Virus record (IMG/VR): IMGVR_UViG_3300045999_011383
DNA: 64,000 bases
Direction: 5' to 3' (one strand)
DNA from: a virus
The notes beneath the pieces were generated by a model. It worked only from the letters and a program-made list of their open reading frames with translations, was not told the origin of the DNA and did not search any database. Position numbers and translations under genes: made by a program. Positions 32,403 through 42,676 of this stretch are shown piece by piece (position 1 is the first letter of the stretch; the number at the start of each line of letters is the position of its first letter).

Positions 32403-32558
32403 GTTAATTTTAAGGTTTCATCTATATTATTAAACAATCTTAATTAACAATCTTAATTAAGAGTCTCTAGTTTAAGTACAAATAAAAATGCTCACCAAGG
32501 TGCATGGTGAGCATAATATGTTGAAACCTACTCAATGCAAGTATAGCAAATTTAACCC

Positions 32559-33548
32559 TTAAATTGCATTTTTAATAGCCTGACAAATTCGTTGCATAAG
32601 CAATGGGGGAATGGAATTTCCAATTCCCCTAACATCAACCGCAGACTTACCCGACCATTTATAAGAATCAGGAAAAGATTGTATTCGTGCTAACGCATGG
32701 GTGCTTAAACTCTTGCAAGTATCACCACAGACAATATCAATTATTTTAGAGCGATTGCCATTGTGTCCATCGTCACCTAACACTGCACGAATAGTCCAAC
32801 ATGGTTCTAATGGTGTTTTGACCTTGGGTTTGCCACGGTATCCAATTCGTTCTACTAGTACCATTGAGTCGCCATAGGGTGCTACAGCGTCCTTCTGTCG
32901 GGGTGTTATCTGTGATTCAGTGAAGTGGGGAATCAGATCACAAATCGCTTCATGCCACCCAATCCAGTTTTTCCTAAATAGATTAATTTGCCCATTAATT
33001 GCTTTTCCATACTCAGGAATAATGCAAGGAAAGTCAAACCCATCAGATACGGCAATACTTAAAAACCGTTTTCGGGATTGAGGTACACCGTAATCAGCAG
33101 CATTGTAAATACCTTTGCCAATCCGATATCCTTTGTCTATTAAAAATGCTTCAAAGTCCAGATAAACCTTTGATTTAGAATAACCGGGGACGTTTTCTAA
33201 AACTATAAATTCAGGTTCATATAAGCTGTAAAATTCATGGGTTGCACTCAATATATTAGCACGAACGCTATCTTTATTGGTAGCCACATTAACCACTGAA
33301 AAGTCTTGACAAGGTGGTGAAGTTTGGTGAACTAAAATATCGCCATTCCGGTCTTTTTTGGTGGGAATATTTAAATTCCTGAAGTTAACTTTGGCAATAT
33401 CTTCTATTAATACATCCCCACAATTAGTTTGATAAAGTTCTGCTATTCTAGGATCAAACTCAATAGCAGATATTGGTTTTAATAAAGCAGACATTGCACC
33501 TATAGTTGAGCCACCGCATCCTGAAAAATGAGTAGAGTAATAAATCAT
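32559..33548 (-). CDS. dcm: DNA cytosine-5 methyltransferase
   Basis: Motif I FSGCGG, IV SPPCQDFS, VI LENVPG, VIII QSRKRF and X GNSIPP, in canonical order. Confidence 0.9.
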   Translation of the reverse strand: MIYYSTHFSGCGGSTIGAMSALLKPISAIEFDPRIAELYQTNCGDVLIEDIAKVNFRNLNIPTKKDRNGDILVHQTSPPCQDFSVVNVATNKDSVRANILSATHEFYSLYEPEFIVLENVPGYSKSKVYLDFEAFLIDKGYRIGKGIYNAADYGVPQSRKRFLSIAVSDGFDFPCIIPEYGKAINGQINLFRKNWIGWHEAICDLIPHFTESQITPRQKDAVAPYGDSMVLVERIGYRGKPKVKTPLEPCWTIRAVLGDDGHNGNRSKIIDIVCGDTCKSLSTHALARIQSFPDSYKWSGKSAVDVRGIGNSIPPLLMQRICQAIKNAI

Positions 33549-33808
33549 TTATGTTTCACCTGTATTGCACCTTGAATTATCAAAAATCTCCAATCAATAT
33601 TGTCCCTAATTCTGTTAGAATTACGCTTACACATAAACCAACTTTGAGATAATGTTCCACGCCAAAATATTGTATCTAAAATCATAACAAAATACTCTAT
33701 GCCCAGAAGTTTTAAATAAAACCCACCGGGCTTTAAGTTAACCACAAAGATGGTTTGTCCACCTTTTTCTATTACAAAACCTATGTCTTTAGTTCTTTGA
33801 ATTTTCAT
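33545..33808 (-). CDS. hypothetical protein (87 aa)
   Basis: Stop overlaps the dcm start. Confidence 0.4.
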   Translation of the reverse strand: MKIQRTKDIGFVIEKGGQTIFVVNLKPGGFYLKLLGIEYFVMILDTIFWRGTLSQSWFMCKRNSNRIRDNIDWRFLIIQGAIQVKHK

Positions 33809-33829
33809 GTTTTTAGATCAATAAGTAAG

Positions 33830-34075
33830 CTATAAAACATCATAACAAAATAAATTCCACATCCAAGTTTTGCCATTTTTAACAATTTCTTGGGGTCTAT
33901 CAATTACTGTATCAAAATTTCTGCCACGACAGTTTTTATTGCTTCTCCAGGTTTGCACCATTCTTTGTTCCGAACATTCTCTATCCAAGGATTTCATGCG
34001 TCCCCAGCAGCCATCAGCATCCTTAAAATAGCTACCACAAATACCAAACATTCGCCCATTTTTTAATGTTATCAT
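33830..34075 (-). CDS. hypothetical Cys/Trp-rich protein (81 aa)
   Basis: Co-oriented ORF. Confidence 0.4.
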   Translation of the reverse strand: MITLKNGRMFGICGSYFKDADGCWGRMKSLDRECSEQRMVQTWRSNKNCRGRNFDTVIDRPQEIVKNGKTWMWNLFCYDVL

Positions 34076-34176
34076 TTTGCCACTGTACTACTATTGTTAA
34101 AAACAACAAAACCGCTAGGTGAGCGGTAATGTTGCGGCAGTTCTACGACGACCCCTAGACTGTGTCTATTTAGATT

Positions 34177-35340
34177 TTAGCACATACTTAGTTGGGTTTC
34201 ATTGTTTGCAAGTGAAGCGCAAATATCGTACATCTCAGCCCATACGTAATCATCTTTTGCAATTGACGACAAAGGCTGTCCTGCGTATTTTGCTTGCATA
34301 GATATTTGAAAATATCTAGTTAACATTTTTTTGATCAAACTTATCTTGGTTTTCTCGCTTACTTGCAATCTGTAGTCCCCTGTTTCAGTTTTTTCTACAA
34401 AAACTCTAAAACCAGAAATTATCGGGAAAACCAAAGATTGCTGAGTTATCACACAGGTAAGTATTTCATGGTTAGGCAACTTGGTATATTTCCTAGCGTC
34501 GTTTCCACTTTTTGTAAACCTTGTTCCTGTAGCACTAGAATGATGCTGTTCTTCTAGCCTTTTGAATATTTTAGACTGAATATCTATAGCGTCGTGAACT
34601 AACGAAAAAAGTTTTTTTGGTACTAAGTCTCGACGTATAGAATTAGCGGCGTGTATTGAAAGCTTTGGATGCTTCTTTTTGCTGGTATTGGACGGAGAAT
34701 AACTTGGATCTAGTGCCAAAATAAGACTGCAAATCCTGGCAATTGTACAGCACCCATCAACATTTGTTGTCTGCACTCCAAATTGTCCTTCGTGATAAAT
34801 AATTCTGTACTTTTCAAGCTGCGGCTTCATCCAGTCATAGTCACCGCTATAATTTGCTAAACTCATTTTTGAGACGGCTTTACTGGTATTTAATGCGATC
34901 GCCTTTTCTTTTAATTCAATTTCATCAAAACCTGAATAGATTATGATGTTTACAAAAACTTGAGAAATATCTATCTCTTTAAAATTAGCAGCCACGCAAA
35001 AAGCTAATAGCCGATGACCACCATCTAACAATCCATCGGAATCTTTAAACGTCAATCTAATCAAACTTGCAGTAATTTTTGAGCAATCAGCAGCAAGATG
35101 AAGTGGTGAACTAATAACCGAAACACCCTTTTTTAAGGACTCAATTATTGACTCGGTAACAGAGTTTTTTGTCGGTCTTCTTACGTTGGCAGTTAGCGGG
35201 ATTTTCCATAAAAGATGAGATTCGCTTTTACCGTTAGCTTCAACTAAATCCTTAAGAGTAGTTGATACATGATACTCTTTTCCCTGTTGAACTGGAAATT
35301 CATTTAACGACCGGATGTTTAAACTAATAGCGTGTGCCAT
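34177..35340 (-). CDS. DGQHR/DndB-like (ParB-Srx fold) protein, variant motif DGGHR (tentative)
   Basis: GLLDGGHRLLAF followed by ..ALNTSKAV resembles the DGQHR-domain core. Confidence 0.35.
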   Translation of the reverse strand: MAHAISLNIRSLNEFPVQQGKEYHVSTTLKDLVEANGKSESHLLWKIPLTANVRRPTKNSVTESIIESLKKGVSVISSPLHLAADCSKITASLIRLTFKDSDGLLDGGHRLLAFCVAANFKEIDISQVFVNIIIYSGFDEIELKEKAIALNTSKAVSKMSLANYSGDYDWMKPQLEKYRIIYHEGQFGVQTTNVDGCCTIARICSLILALDPSYSPSNTSKKKHPKLSIHAANSIRRDLVPKKLFSLVHDAIDIQSKIFKRLEEQHHSSATGTRFTKSGNDARKYTKLPNHEILTCVITQQSLVFPIISGFRVFVEKTETGDYRLQVSEKTKISLIKKMLTRYFQISMQAKYAGQPLSSIAKDDYVWAEMYDICASLANNETQLSMC

Positions 35341-35494
35341 AATTGGATGGTGGTTTAATTGATTTCACATCAATAAAATATTTTATTGATGTGAATTTAC
35401 TTATAATAATATCATAAATTAATTTATTTGTTAAAAAAATAAACGGTTTTTAAAATACCCACTAATACGCTTTAGTGGGTACAAAAGATTCAAG

Positions 35495-36121
35495 CTAAAT
35501 CTTTTTCAGTGCATCCCAAGGGTCAATCCCGCATTCCATATAGGTCGTTAATCGAGTTTGACAACGTTCTAATTTGTTTAACGTCTCAAAGTCCGTAAAG
35601 TCTCGCTGACCGTTCTCTAATCCAATTTTAGCTTGCATGAAGGAAACAAATCGGGCATATTCCCAAGGTTCTTTAAATCCGTATTGTTGAAGCTGATTAG
35701 TCAATGGGCGGAAATCATGCCTGGTGTTGAATCTTGCAGTCAACCAACGCTGTCTTTCTTCTGCTTCATGCTTGACCCCAAAGGCATCGCAAAACAACTG
35801 ATAAAGCGACTGGTTCACCAATATCCGGGTCATGATCTGGGCTTTCTGATTCCCTTTAAAAGCCAACTCAGCAATCAAGTTTCCAAATACTTCTAGTGGA
35901 ATAGCATTTATACCTTTAGGGTTAAGTGATGTCTTGAGTTTGGCGAACTGGAAACTCTTGTCTAGTAAGCTTTTGATGTCTCTTGATGCTTGGTTTTTGT
36001 CGAACTGAAAACAGCTACTTAATTGAGGAACACCTACGTAATATTCCCCACTTTCGGACATTAATCCTTCAAGAGAAAGATTTTTGCCAAACTTGACTTC
36101 TGTTATAATTGCAGTTATCAT
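35495..36121 (-). CDS. hypothetical protein (208 aa)
   Basis: Shares an upstream promoter motif with the KilA-type genes. Confidence 0.5.
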   Translation of the reverse strand: MITAIITEVKFGKNLSLEGLMSESGEYYVGVPQLSSCFQFDKNQASRDIKSLLDKSFQFAKLKTSLNPKGINAIPLEVFGNLIAELAFKGNQKAQIMTRILVNQSLYQLFCDAFGVKHEAEERQRWLTARFNTRHDFRPLTNQLQQYGFKEPWEYARFVSFMQAKIGLENGQRDFTDFETLNKLERCQTRLTTYMECGIDPWDALKKI

Positions 36122-36255
36122 GGTGATATATCTTGATATGAAATACCATAAGCAGCGCTGAAACTTTGCTTATGGTATTTTAATTATAACACTTAATCGC
36201 AAATATAACTACAGTTGTTGATATAATAAAAGAATATTTTTATTAAGTACAGGGC

Positions 36256-37110
36256 ATGATTAATCAAGTAATTCATGGTGATTGTTTTGAAGTTTTGAAA
36301 ACTATTCCTGATGGTTCTATTGACGCTGTAATCACAGATCCGCCTTACATGACAACTGATTTAAACTTTGATAAAACAGGCTTTGATGTTGACTTATTCT
36401 TAAAATTATTATTACCAAAACTTAAAAGTGATGGACAATTAGCTGCATTTGGGAGTATTGAATTACTTGCTAAGTTTAGCGGTATTTATCCTATTAGATG
36501 GTCAGGAATGTGGTTAAAACCGAGAGGAGTGATGAGAACTCATACAGCCAAGAAACCTATGAGCAAAAGCGAACCTTACTGTATATTTGCTCACCCAAAA
36601 CATAAAGTATCAAACCTTGTTTATAACAAAATATTATTGCCAGGAGAGCCTTATGAAAAAAAACAAAAAAATACTGGCTATATTAGAGACGGCAAAAATC
36701 AAATAGATAGAGCAAATACTTCTGCATGGACTAAGGACGGGTATATCTCAAAAAACCTGGGTACAAGACAACAAACAGATGTTATTGAATCTCCGTTCAA
36801 AGGCTGCATGAAACATCATGAACGAACCATTCACCCCACACAAAAGCCTGTAGCACTGATATCTACATTGGTTCAGTGGATAACCAACCCCGGCGATACA
36901 GTCCTTGACCCTTTTGCTGGTAGTGGTACAACAGCACTAGCCTGTAAAGAACTCAACAGAAACTATATCTGCATTGAGAAGGAACGGGAATATATTGACA
37001 TTATTCATCAACGCCTAAACACACCCATAGCTGAAAGGGGATTAACTGTAGAGGAACAGGTAGAGATTGAGAAAACTAAGTCACCTTATCAACAGTTGTC
37101 ATTGTTTTAG
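36256..37110 (+). CDS. DNA N6-adenine/N4-cytosine methyltransferase (DPPY, beta class)
   Basis: Motif IV AVITDPPYMTT at the N-terminus and motif I LDPFAGSGTT near the C-terminus. Confidence 0.85.
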   Translation: MINQVIHGDCFEVLKTIPDGSIDAVITDPPYMTTDLNFDKTGFDVDLFLKLLLPKLKSDGQLAAFGSIELLAKFSGIYPIRWSGMWLKPRGVMRTHTAKKPMSKSEPYCIFAHPKHKVSNLVYNKILLPGEPYEKKQKNTGYIRDGKNQIDRANTSAWTKDGYISKNLGTRQQTDVIESPFKGCMKHHERTIHPTQKPVALISTLVQWITNPGDTVLDPFAGSGTTALACKELNRNYICIEKEREYIDIIHQRLNTPIAERGLTVEEQVEIEKTKSPYQQLSLF

Positions 37111-37154
37111 AAATACCCACTAAAGCGTGTTAGTGGGTAGTGGTAATTTACGGA

Positions 37155-37898
37155 CTATTCAAACACTCTATTAACCCTTCTTCCTGATTCAGAGCATATA
37201 TTACGGCATTGATTAAAACCATTAGCTGCATTATCATCTATCTTTTCAGATGCGATCGCTTCTGCTAATCCCACAGCCATTAATTCAACCCTGGAAAGTC
37301 CATCTCTGAGTTTGGTAATCCCACGACTTTGCTTGACCTCTTTGGCTGTTCCCCCAAGCAAGGGTTTGTAAATCTCATTGGTGCAGATTGCATATTCGTG
37401 GGGTGCAGTAACACCATGTTCTTTCAGTGTGTCAGTAAATTGCACCCTGGTTTCTAGTCCTTCTATGCGCTGCTGAATCCACTCTTCAGTATGTCCTTGT
37501 TTTTGCCATCCCTTTTTAGCACGTTCCCTACCGCGCTTATATGCTAACTCTGGGTTTACCTCCTCTTCTATGCGCTCTTTAACCCAATCATAAAACTGAG
37601 ATTTGAGAGAAGGGGACAAATATCCGGCATAATCAATGGCCAATTTCCAGTGAGCTAGTGTTTTACCGTTGCGTCCTCTTGTAACTTTAAAAACATCTGA
37701 TAATCTGATATTATCTTTTAGTCTTTTGCTGTCAAGGATTTGATTGATTAGCATATCCGTACTGGGAAGTAATCGCCACTTAGCAGGGGTTTGGCTTTCG
37801 GGTCTTCCTGCCATTTCCCATAACTTAGTAAGATTAATAAAATCCTGATCAATTTCTACAGAAATCCCATTGTGGATAAAAGCTGATATATTAGACAT
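37155..37898 (-). CDS. KilA-N-like domain protein
   Basis: Tracked ORF (GTG at 37958) trimmed to the ATG at 37898. FINLTKLWEMAGRPESQTPAKW ... LAHWKLAIDYAGYLSPSLKSQFYDWV matches the KilA-N pattern. Confidence 0.55.
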   Translation of the reverse strand: MSNISAFIHNGISVEIDQDFINLTKLWEMAGRPESQTPAKWRLLPSTDMLINQILDSKRLKDNIRLSDVFKVTRGRNGKTLAHWKLAIDYAGYLSPSLKSQFYDWVKERIEEEVNPELAYKRGRERAKKGWQKQGHTEEWIQQRIEGLETRVQFTDTLKEHGVTAPHEYAICTNEIYKPLLGGTAKEVKQSRGITKLRDGLSRVELMAVGLAEAIASEKIDDNAANGFNQCRNICSESGRRVNRVFE

Positions 37899-38184
37899 GA
37901 TTAGCCTACTTTGTCTAGGTTGGTTGCCAGTGATATCGCCGTTGGGAATGCTGACCACATTCTTAACGGTGCTGGTATTTTAATTATAACACTTAATCGC
38001 AAATATGACTACACTTATTGATATAATAATCATGTACTTTTATTGATAGCCATGGGTAATCAAAGGACTACAATCCAGGCTGATTAATAACTGAAGATTT
38101 AGGTGGTTTTATTCCCCAGTAGATGCTTTTAAATAATTGACAAAAAAATTCTTCTGCATATTGTTAAGTGATTTTTGTGGCTAG

Positions 38185-38574
38185 TCAATCTTCAATAAAT
38201 GATAGATAAAACTCGCCTGAGAACTTCCATCCATCAATCCTGGAATAGGTATTGCCATAGGAAAAGATATCTTTTTTGAATATTTTAATAAAGCATTTAC
38301 CATGTTTTTCCTCTTGGTAATCTTCAATAAAAACACCATTTAAACCAGCAATTGAAGGGCAAAATCTGACATAAGGAGGAGACATGACAACTGCTAGTTT
38401 GGGAGTAGTCAGGGGAGGGCTGGCGCATTTGTAAGTTATTACTCCATACTCAGCTAATATATTAATAGCTGTCTCACCCCCAATCAGCCCTACATCTTTT
38501 GCCTTTTGTAATGCGTAGTCCCAGTCAATCAAAACAGCTACATTGGTGTTTTTGAATGGATTTAAAGTTTTCAT
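38185..38574 (-). CDS. hypothetical protein (129 aa)
   Basis: Isolated ORF with clear flanking intergenic regions. Confidence 0.5.
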   Translation of the reverse strand: MKTLNPFKNTNVAVLIDWDYALQKAKDVGLIGGETAINILAEYGVITYKCASPPLTTPKLAVVMSPPYVRFCPSIAGLNGVFIEDYQEEKHGKCFIKIFKKDIFSYGNTYSRIDGWKFSGEFYLSFIED

Positions 38575-38763
38575 AGTTTTAGTTTTGGGAATGTTGATAC
38601 CATTCCTGATGTGCGCTGGTTATCATTGTAGCACACAGATAGAAAATATGGCTAGATTCTGTTACAATAGATTTGGATGACTTGATTTAGTAGTTAGCGG
38701 TCAGGGTCGTTGGGAACAACTGGGATATTCTTGACGACACTGATTTTATTAAGCAGGTTTTTT

Positions 38764-39441
38764 ATGACAAAAGCCACTCAAGGTCAAGCACAAAGCATTT
38801 TTTATTCTACCAACACTCATATATTTGTTGGTAATTCACTGATGGTTGTGTTGACAGTTTTGTTGGTATACTTAATATATTTATGCCACAGTAAAATTAT
38901 TCCATCGTTGCAATCGTTGGATAATAAAGCTTTTAGAAAAAATAATAACAGGCCACGATTATCCCCAGCAGAAGAAGCAAAGGTTAAGGGATACATGAGA
39001 GAGATAAGAGATTTTACACAATTTAATCGCGTATCTCTCTATTTCTTGGATTTACCTTATTTATCCGAAGAATCTGTACAAGCGGAATCTTACACTTTGT
39101 GGATAGAAGCATCTAAAAGTATTCCTATGCGAAAAGATACTAAATTATCTTTTGCTTATATAAGTGAAGAGCTTAATCGTGCAATACCAGCAAGAGTTAA
39201 GTACAGATACTACCAGTACGCTAAAAATGGCTTGGTGTGTCAGCAATGGTTAACAGATCGCAAAACAGCAAGTTATACATTCTATATAATTCACAAATTC
39301 TCGTTTTTGCTATTAGAAAGAACCTCTGGCAACATTTTGAATAATCTTTTAAGACACAAAGAAAAAGATGATTACCTTAATCTTTGTGAATCTATTGAGT
39401 CTATTATTGCTCCCAAACTCAATCCTATTGGTAGGCTGTAG
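38764..39441 (+). CDS. membrane-anchored protein, distant paralog of 18129..18935 (tentative)
   Basis: Trimmed to the ATG at 38764. TM segment LMVVLTVLLVYLIYL. RVSLYFLD...CQQWLTDRKTASYTFY parallels RISLFKFH...CSTWLSSRDTGRYAIY. Confidence 0.5.
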   Translation: MTKATQGQAQSIFYSTNTHIFVGNSLMVVLTVLLVYLIYLCHSKIIPSLQSLDNKAFRKNNNRPRLSPAEEAKVKGYMREIRDFTQFNRVSLYFLDLPYLSEESVQAESYTLWIEASKSIPMRKDTKLSFAYISEELNRAIPARVKYRYYQYAKNGLVCQQWLTDRKTASYTFYIIHKFSFLLLERTSGNILNNLLRHKEKDDYLNLCESIESIIAPKLNPIGRL

Positions 39442-39452
39442 TCATCTGATAA

Positions 39453-39776
39453 TCAACACCAATTTCTTTCTCCTGGGCATTTCTTGACGTTTTTACAAGG
39501 TAGTTTATAACCTGATATATGCCCAGCCCATCTACTATTTTCATCTGCCCAAGTGCAACTAATATCAGCATTCAGCAGGTAGTGTGGTCTGATAGTTATA
39601 CCACACCCTGGGCAACGATTTCCGCCCCAAGAACTAGCAGCAAGATTGTAGTTATTATTAATTTGTTTTTTAGCGATCGCGTCCAATTCCCTAAGCTGCT
39701 TTTTAAGTAAATGGCGATGTCTGCGGGCTTGTCTTTTTGTTTTCATTACACATTGCGATCCAATGACATTACACAA
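39453..39776 (-). CDS. Cys-rich small basic protein (107 aa)
   Basis: CPGCG ... C ... C ... C pattern. Its N-terminus is duplicated as a fragment at 28109-28207. Confidence 0.5.
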   Translation of the reverse strand: MCNVIGSQCVMKTKRQARRHRHLLKKQLRELDAIAKKQINNNYNLAASSWGGNRCPGCGITIRPHYLLNADISCTWADENSRWAGHISGYKLPCKNVKKCPGERNWC

Positions 39777-40057
39777 TTAAAGCTAGTAGTCAATGTTGCT
39801 TTAATGGATCTATCCAAAGATTTGAGATAAGCATACATCAAGAAACAAGCAGCGTTAAAGTTCATTCTTGACTCACTAGGAATTGAATAAACAATTTGGC
39901 CATTAATTGTCACCAAGCCACGGTAAACGTCGTTTGAGCCGCAAATCAGAACACAATGGCGTGCTGTTTGCAACGCAAAATTAACTTGATTGCCATCAAC
40001 CTTAAAATTGTCCTGGGTGCAGACAAAGTACCTAGACGCTGTTTCTAACAAGTCCAT
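39746..40057 (-). CDS. hypothetical protein (103 aa)
   Basis: Co-oriented overlapping gene chain. Confidence 0.4.
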   Translation of the reverse strand: MDLLETASRYFVCTQDNFKVDGNQVNFALQTARHCVLICGSNDVYRGLVTINGQIVYSIPSESRMNFNAACFLMYAYLKSLDRSIKATLTTSFNCVMSLDRNV

Positions 40058-40059
40058 GC

Positions 40060-40281
40060 TTATTCCTCTTGCTTAAATGGCTCATCAAACCCCCACTGAT
40101 GAGCTAAAAGTTTTTCGTAGCTTAATCTTTGGATCTCGTGATGCCTAAACAGATTAATCAAAACCTGTTGAGTTTGTTCATGGGACATCTGCCTAACCTG
40201 TTGCTCAAATGCAACTATCTTAAATTGTGAAGCAAGTGGTAATTCTTCAAATTGGCTCATAATAAGATCCCAGACATACAT
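40060..40281 (-). CDS. hypothetical protein (73 aa)
   Basis: Co-oriented chain. Confidence 0.4.
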   Translation of the reverse strand: MYVWDLIMSQFEELPLASQFKIVAFEQQVRQMSHEQTQQVLINLFRHHEIQRLSYEKLLAHQWGFDEPFKQEE

Positions 40282-40510
40282 CTAAAACTTCACCCAACAC
40301 TTCATCAAAAATTTCCTCTACAGTCGCACCCTGTTGAAGTTTACAACCCCAATAATCAACGACAGAATCTAAGTCCTGTGGCGACCAAAGATCAAGGGAC
40401 GCGAGCTTTTTTCTTAACAGATCCTTTTGCCAATTAAACCAAAAATTATCAATCATATTTAATTCCCAAACTATTAAACATATTATTACAAATTTCTGAT
40501 AAAATAGCAA
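40247..40510 (-). CDS. hypothetical protein (87 aa)
   Basis: First gene of the chain, divergent from 40534. Confidence 0.4.
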   Translation of the reverse strand: MLFYQKFVIICLIVWELNMIDNFWFNWQKDLLRKKLASLDLWSPQDLDSVVDYWGCKLQQGATVEEIFDEVLGEVLDVCLGSYYEPI

Positions 40511-40533
40511 GTGAATTTTACGCAGGTGTCATC

Positions 40534-41079
40534 ATGAAATACGTTAATCACATTAATGCAATCTCTAAAGAAATAAGGTTTAAGCCGTTAAATACGATTG
40601 AAATAAAGATAATTGAATCATTGTGTTTAGGCGGAACGTACCTGGAGATAGCTACGGAAATAAACTACGACCACGGGTACATCGGACAATTAGCCCGTCA
40701 GATTTACGGATTGATTGGACAAAAACACAAGGTAAAAATCAAAAGAGATAACTTTGTAGCTGTATTAGATTCAGTCATGGGAGGGGAATTAGAGGATGAT
40801 TTCTATGGCTGTCATGGGATTAATCCTAAAAGTATTTTTAATGCCAATGTTCTTGAATTTAAGCAAAGCGAGATATTAATTAACGTGACTACTTTTTGGA
40901 AATTTGACGCTAAAAATGAATGCTTAGTTTTAAAGACTAAACACCCAATAGTCTTAAAGTTAAGTGACTTAAAAACCAACCCATTTAACACGATTTTAAA
41001 TGCAACTAGACAAGAGCAAATGTCAGGAGATGCGCTACTAGAATTGTTTAAAATCTTGGATAATTATTTCGATAAATAA
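40534..41079 (+). CDS. LuxR-type HTH protein
   Basis: LNTIEIKIIESLCLGGTYLEIATEINYDHGYIGQLARQIYGLIG fits the LuxR/GerE HTH pattern. Confidence 0.5.
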   Translation: MKYVNHINAISKEIRFKPLNTIEIKIIESLCLGGTYLEIATEINYDHGYIGQLARQIYGLIGQKHKVKIKRDNFVAVLDSVMGGELEDDFYGCHGINPKSIFNANVLEFKQSEILINVTTFWKFDAKNECLVLKTKHPIVLKLSDLKTNPFNTILNATRQEQMSGDALLELFKILDNYFDK

Positions 41080-41134
41080 CCTATTTATTGATAAAATGAT
41101 AATGTTTTAAAAAACCTACATCACGGCATTTACT

Positions 41135-41686
41135 ATGAGGATAAGTGAGCTTCCAATAGAGACACTACAGATTATTTTGAAAGGGAGAACCTGCGATTTG
41201 GTTGATAGACTAAATCTCCCAAGACACACAATTGATTACATCAGAAGAACAATTAAGAAGGGGATAGCAAGGGTAGATTATTCAAAGCTAGACATAAATG
41301 CTACCCCTCAAAAAATAACAAACAAGGTCATTGAGGCTCGACCTTGGAGCAGAGAATCAGATAATTTTCTGTTAGAAAAATCAGGCTTAAAAGACTTAAA
41401 ACACATAGCTCATTTTCTGAGAAGAAGCCTGGAAGACGTAGAGGCGCGGATGCAATACTTAATAAAAATAGAACAGGAAAAGCATCCAATTGAACAAATA
41501 CTTGCTAATCACCCCAACCTATTGCCAGGGCAGATTGAACAGGCTCGAAGCATATACAAGTACAGTCCAGCGGGCGTGGCGGAATATTGCAAGGTAGTGA
41601 GTGCTTATAAAAGTCGCCGGGCTGAACTAAATAAAACTTTTTCCAAGGAAAGTTGGGAACAATTACGAAAGAAATTACAAAGGTAG
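41135..41686 (+). CDS. hypothetical protein (183 aa)
   Basis: Long ORF; no motif recognised. Confidence 0.5.
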   Translation: MRISELPIETLQIILKGRTCDLVDRLNLPRHTIDYIRRTIKKGIARVDYSKLDINATPQKITNKVIEARPWSRESDNFLLEKSGLKDLKHIAHFLRRSLEDVEARMQYLIKIEQEKHPIEQILANHPNLLPGQIEQARSIYKYSPAGVAEYCKVVSAYKSRRAELNKTFSKESWEQLRKKLQR

Positions 41687-41916
41687 TGACGAGTCAAAAG
41701 CCTTATCCTGACTAGGTTTTAGCGGTAGTGACGGGAAATGCTAACCTACATCCCTATATATAGGATCATTTTCCTTCCTTGGGGTGTTGGTGGGGGGGGG
41801 ACGGGAATGGGAAGGGATGTGACTCTAAAAATCCTTTCTTTTACGCAATAAGACCTTAGTTCTCCCGTCACTATCCTTAAAACCCTTACAGAGAAAGACT
41901 TTTGACCCGTCACCGC
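41683..41916. ncRNA. candidate structured RNA: three nested helices around a G-rich core
   Basis: gtgacgagtc (41687-41696) pairs with gacccgtcac (41904-41913). tagtgacggga (41726-41736) pairs with tcccgtcacta (41863-41873). acatccct (41748-41755) pairs with agggatgt (41813-41820). The core is ggggtgttggtgggggggggacgggaatgggaaggg. Confidence 0.3.
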
Positions 41917-42068
41917 TTCTAACATTTGACCTGCCACAGTTGAGTGAAGGATGACTCAAAAATATTTTTAAGCAAGTTTAGTGTATATATAAAATTATTT
42001 ATTTTCGGTGTTGACGGTTGTTTCTTTATGCTTTATTATAGAAATACAACGCAACGGGTAAACACAAA

Positions 42069-42587
42069 ATGACTAAGCTAACATTTGGAAAACACAAAAA
42101 TGAAGATATTGCTAACGTTCCCACAGAGTATCTAGAGTGGGGAAAGTCAAAGCTAGACTCTCCTAAGTGGAGAGAAGCTTTTGCTTCAGAGATCAAAAGA
42201 AGGCGGGATGAAGAAAAAGAGAAAAAAGCTTACATTAAGGCTAATATTAATACACAAGAGGTTTTAAACCTCTTATACGAAGAGGCGGAAAAAGAACTCT
42301 TCCTTGGCGATGATGAAGATGAAGTTATGAGAATAACATCCAAGGATGTACAGCGTTTATTCACGGAAAAAGTTAACCGCGTAAAAGCGGAAATAGAACT
42401 GGAAAAATTAGATGCTCAGTTTTGCTCCAAATGGGGCATTACGGAAAAGCAGTTAAATCTAATACATGACTTATCCTTTCATGATGAGTTGACCCCCAAC
42501 AGATTTTCTACCACTGAAAAATATGAGTCTGCTTGCGAGTATCTACAGGCACGGGAAGACCTGCTAGGAATTATGTGGAGTTTGTAA
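42069..42587 (+). CDS. DUF3820-like protein
   Basis: N-terminal LTFGKHKNEDIANVPTEYLEWG is the signature of that family. Confidence 0.5.
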   Translation: MTKLTFGKHKNEDIANVPTEYLEWGKSKLDSPKWREAFASEIKRRRDEEKEKKAYIKANINTQEVLNLLYEEAEKELFLGDDEDEVMRITSKDVQRLFTEKVNRVKAEIELEKLDAQFCSKWGITEKQLNLIHDLSFHDELTPNRFSTTEKYESACEYLQAREDLLGIMWSL

Positions 42588-42676
42588 AAAGTTCCACATA
42601 ATTTAATTACTAGCAAATAAGCCAGTTCCTAGCTGGTTTATGACACAGAAATCAGCTAAAAAATGGATAGACAACC

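Noticed and set aside
30797-35340. A dnd-type phosphorothioation cluster, prompted by a PAPS-reductase/DndC-like gene plus a DGQHR/DndB-like gene within 4 kb.
   Set aside because: The CysH-like protein is short (248 aa) and translationally embedded between csf3 and csf1. No DndA, DndD or DndE-like genes are present. The DGGHR protein is on the opposite strand in another unit.
41746-41937. Tracked 63-aa ORF on the minus strand.
   Set aside because: Its length is created by a C-run read as PIPVPPPPTP. It has no ribosome-binding site or operon context and overlaps the nested-helix noncoding element.
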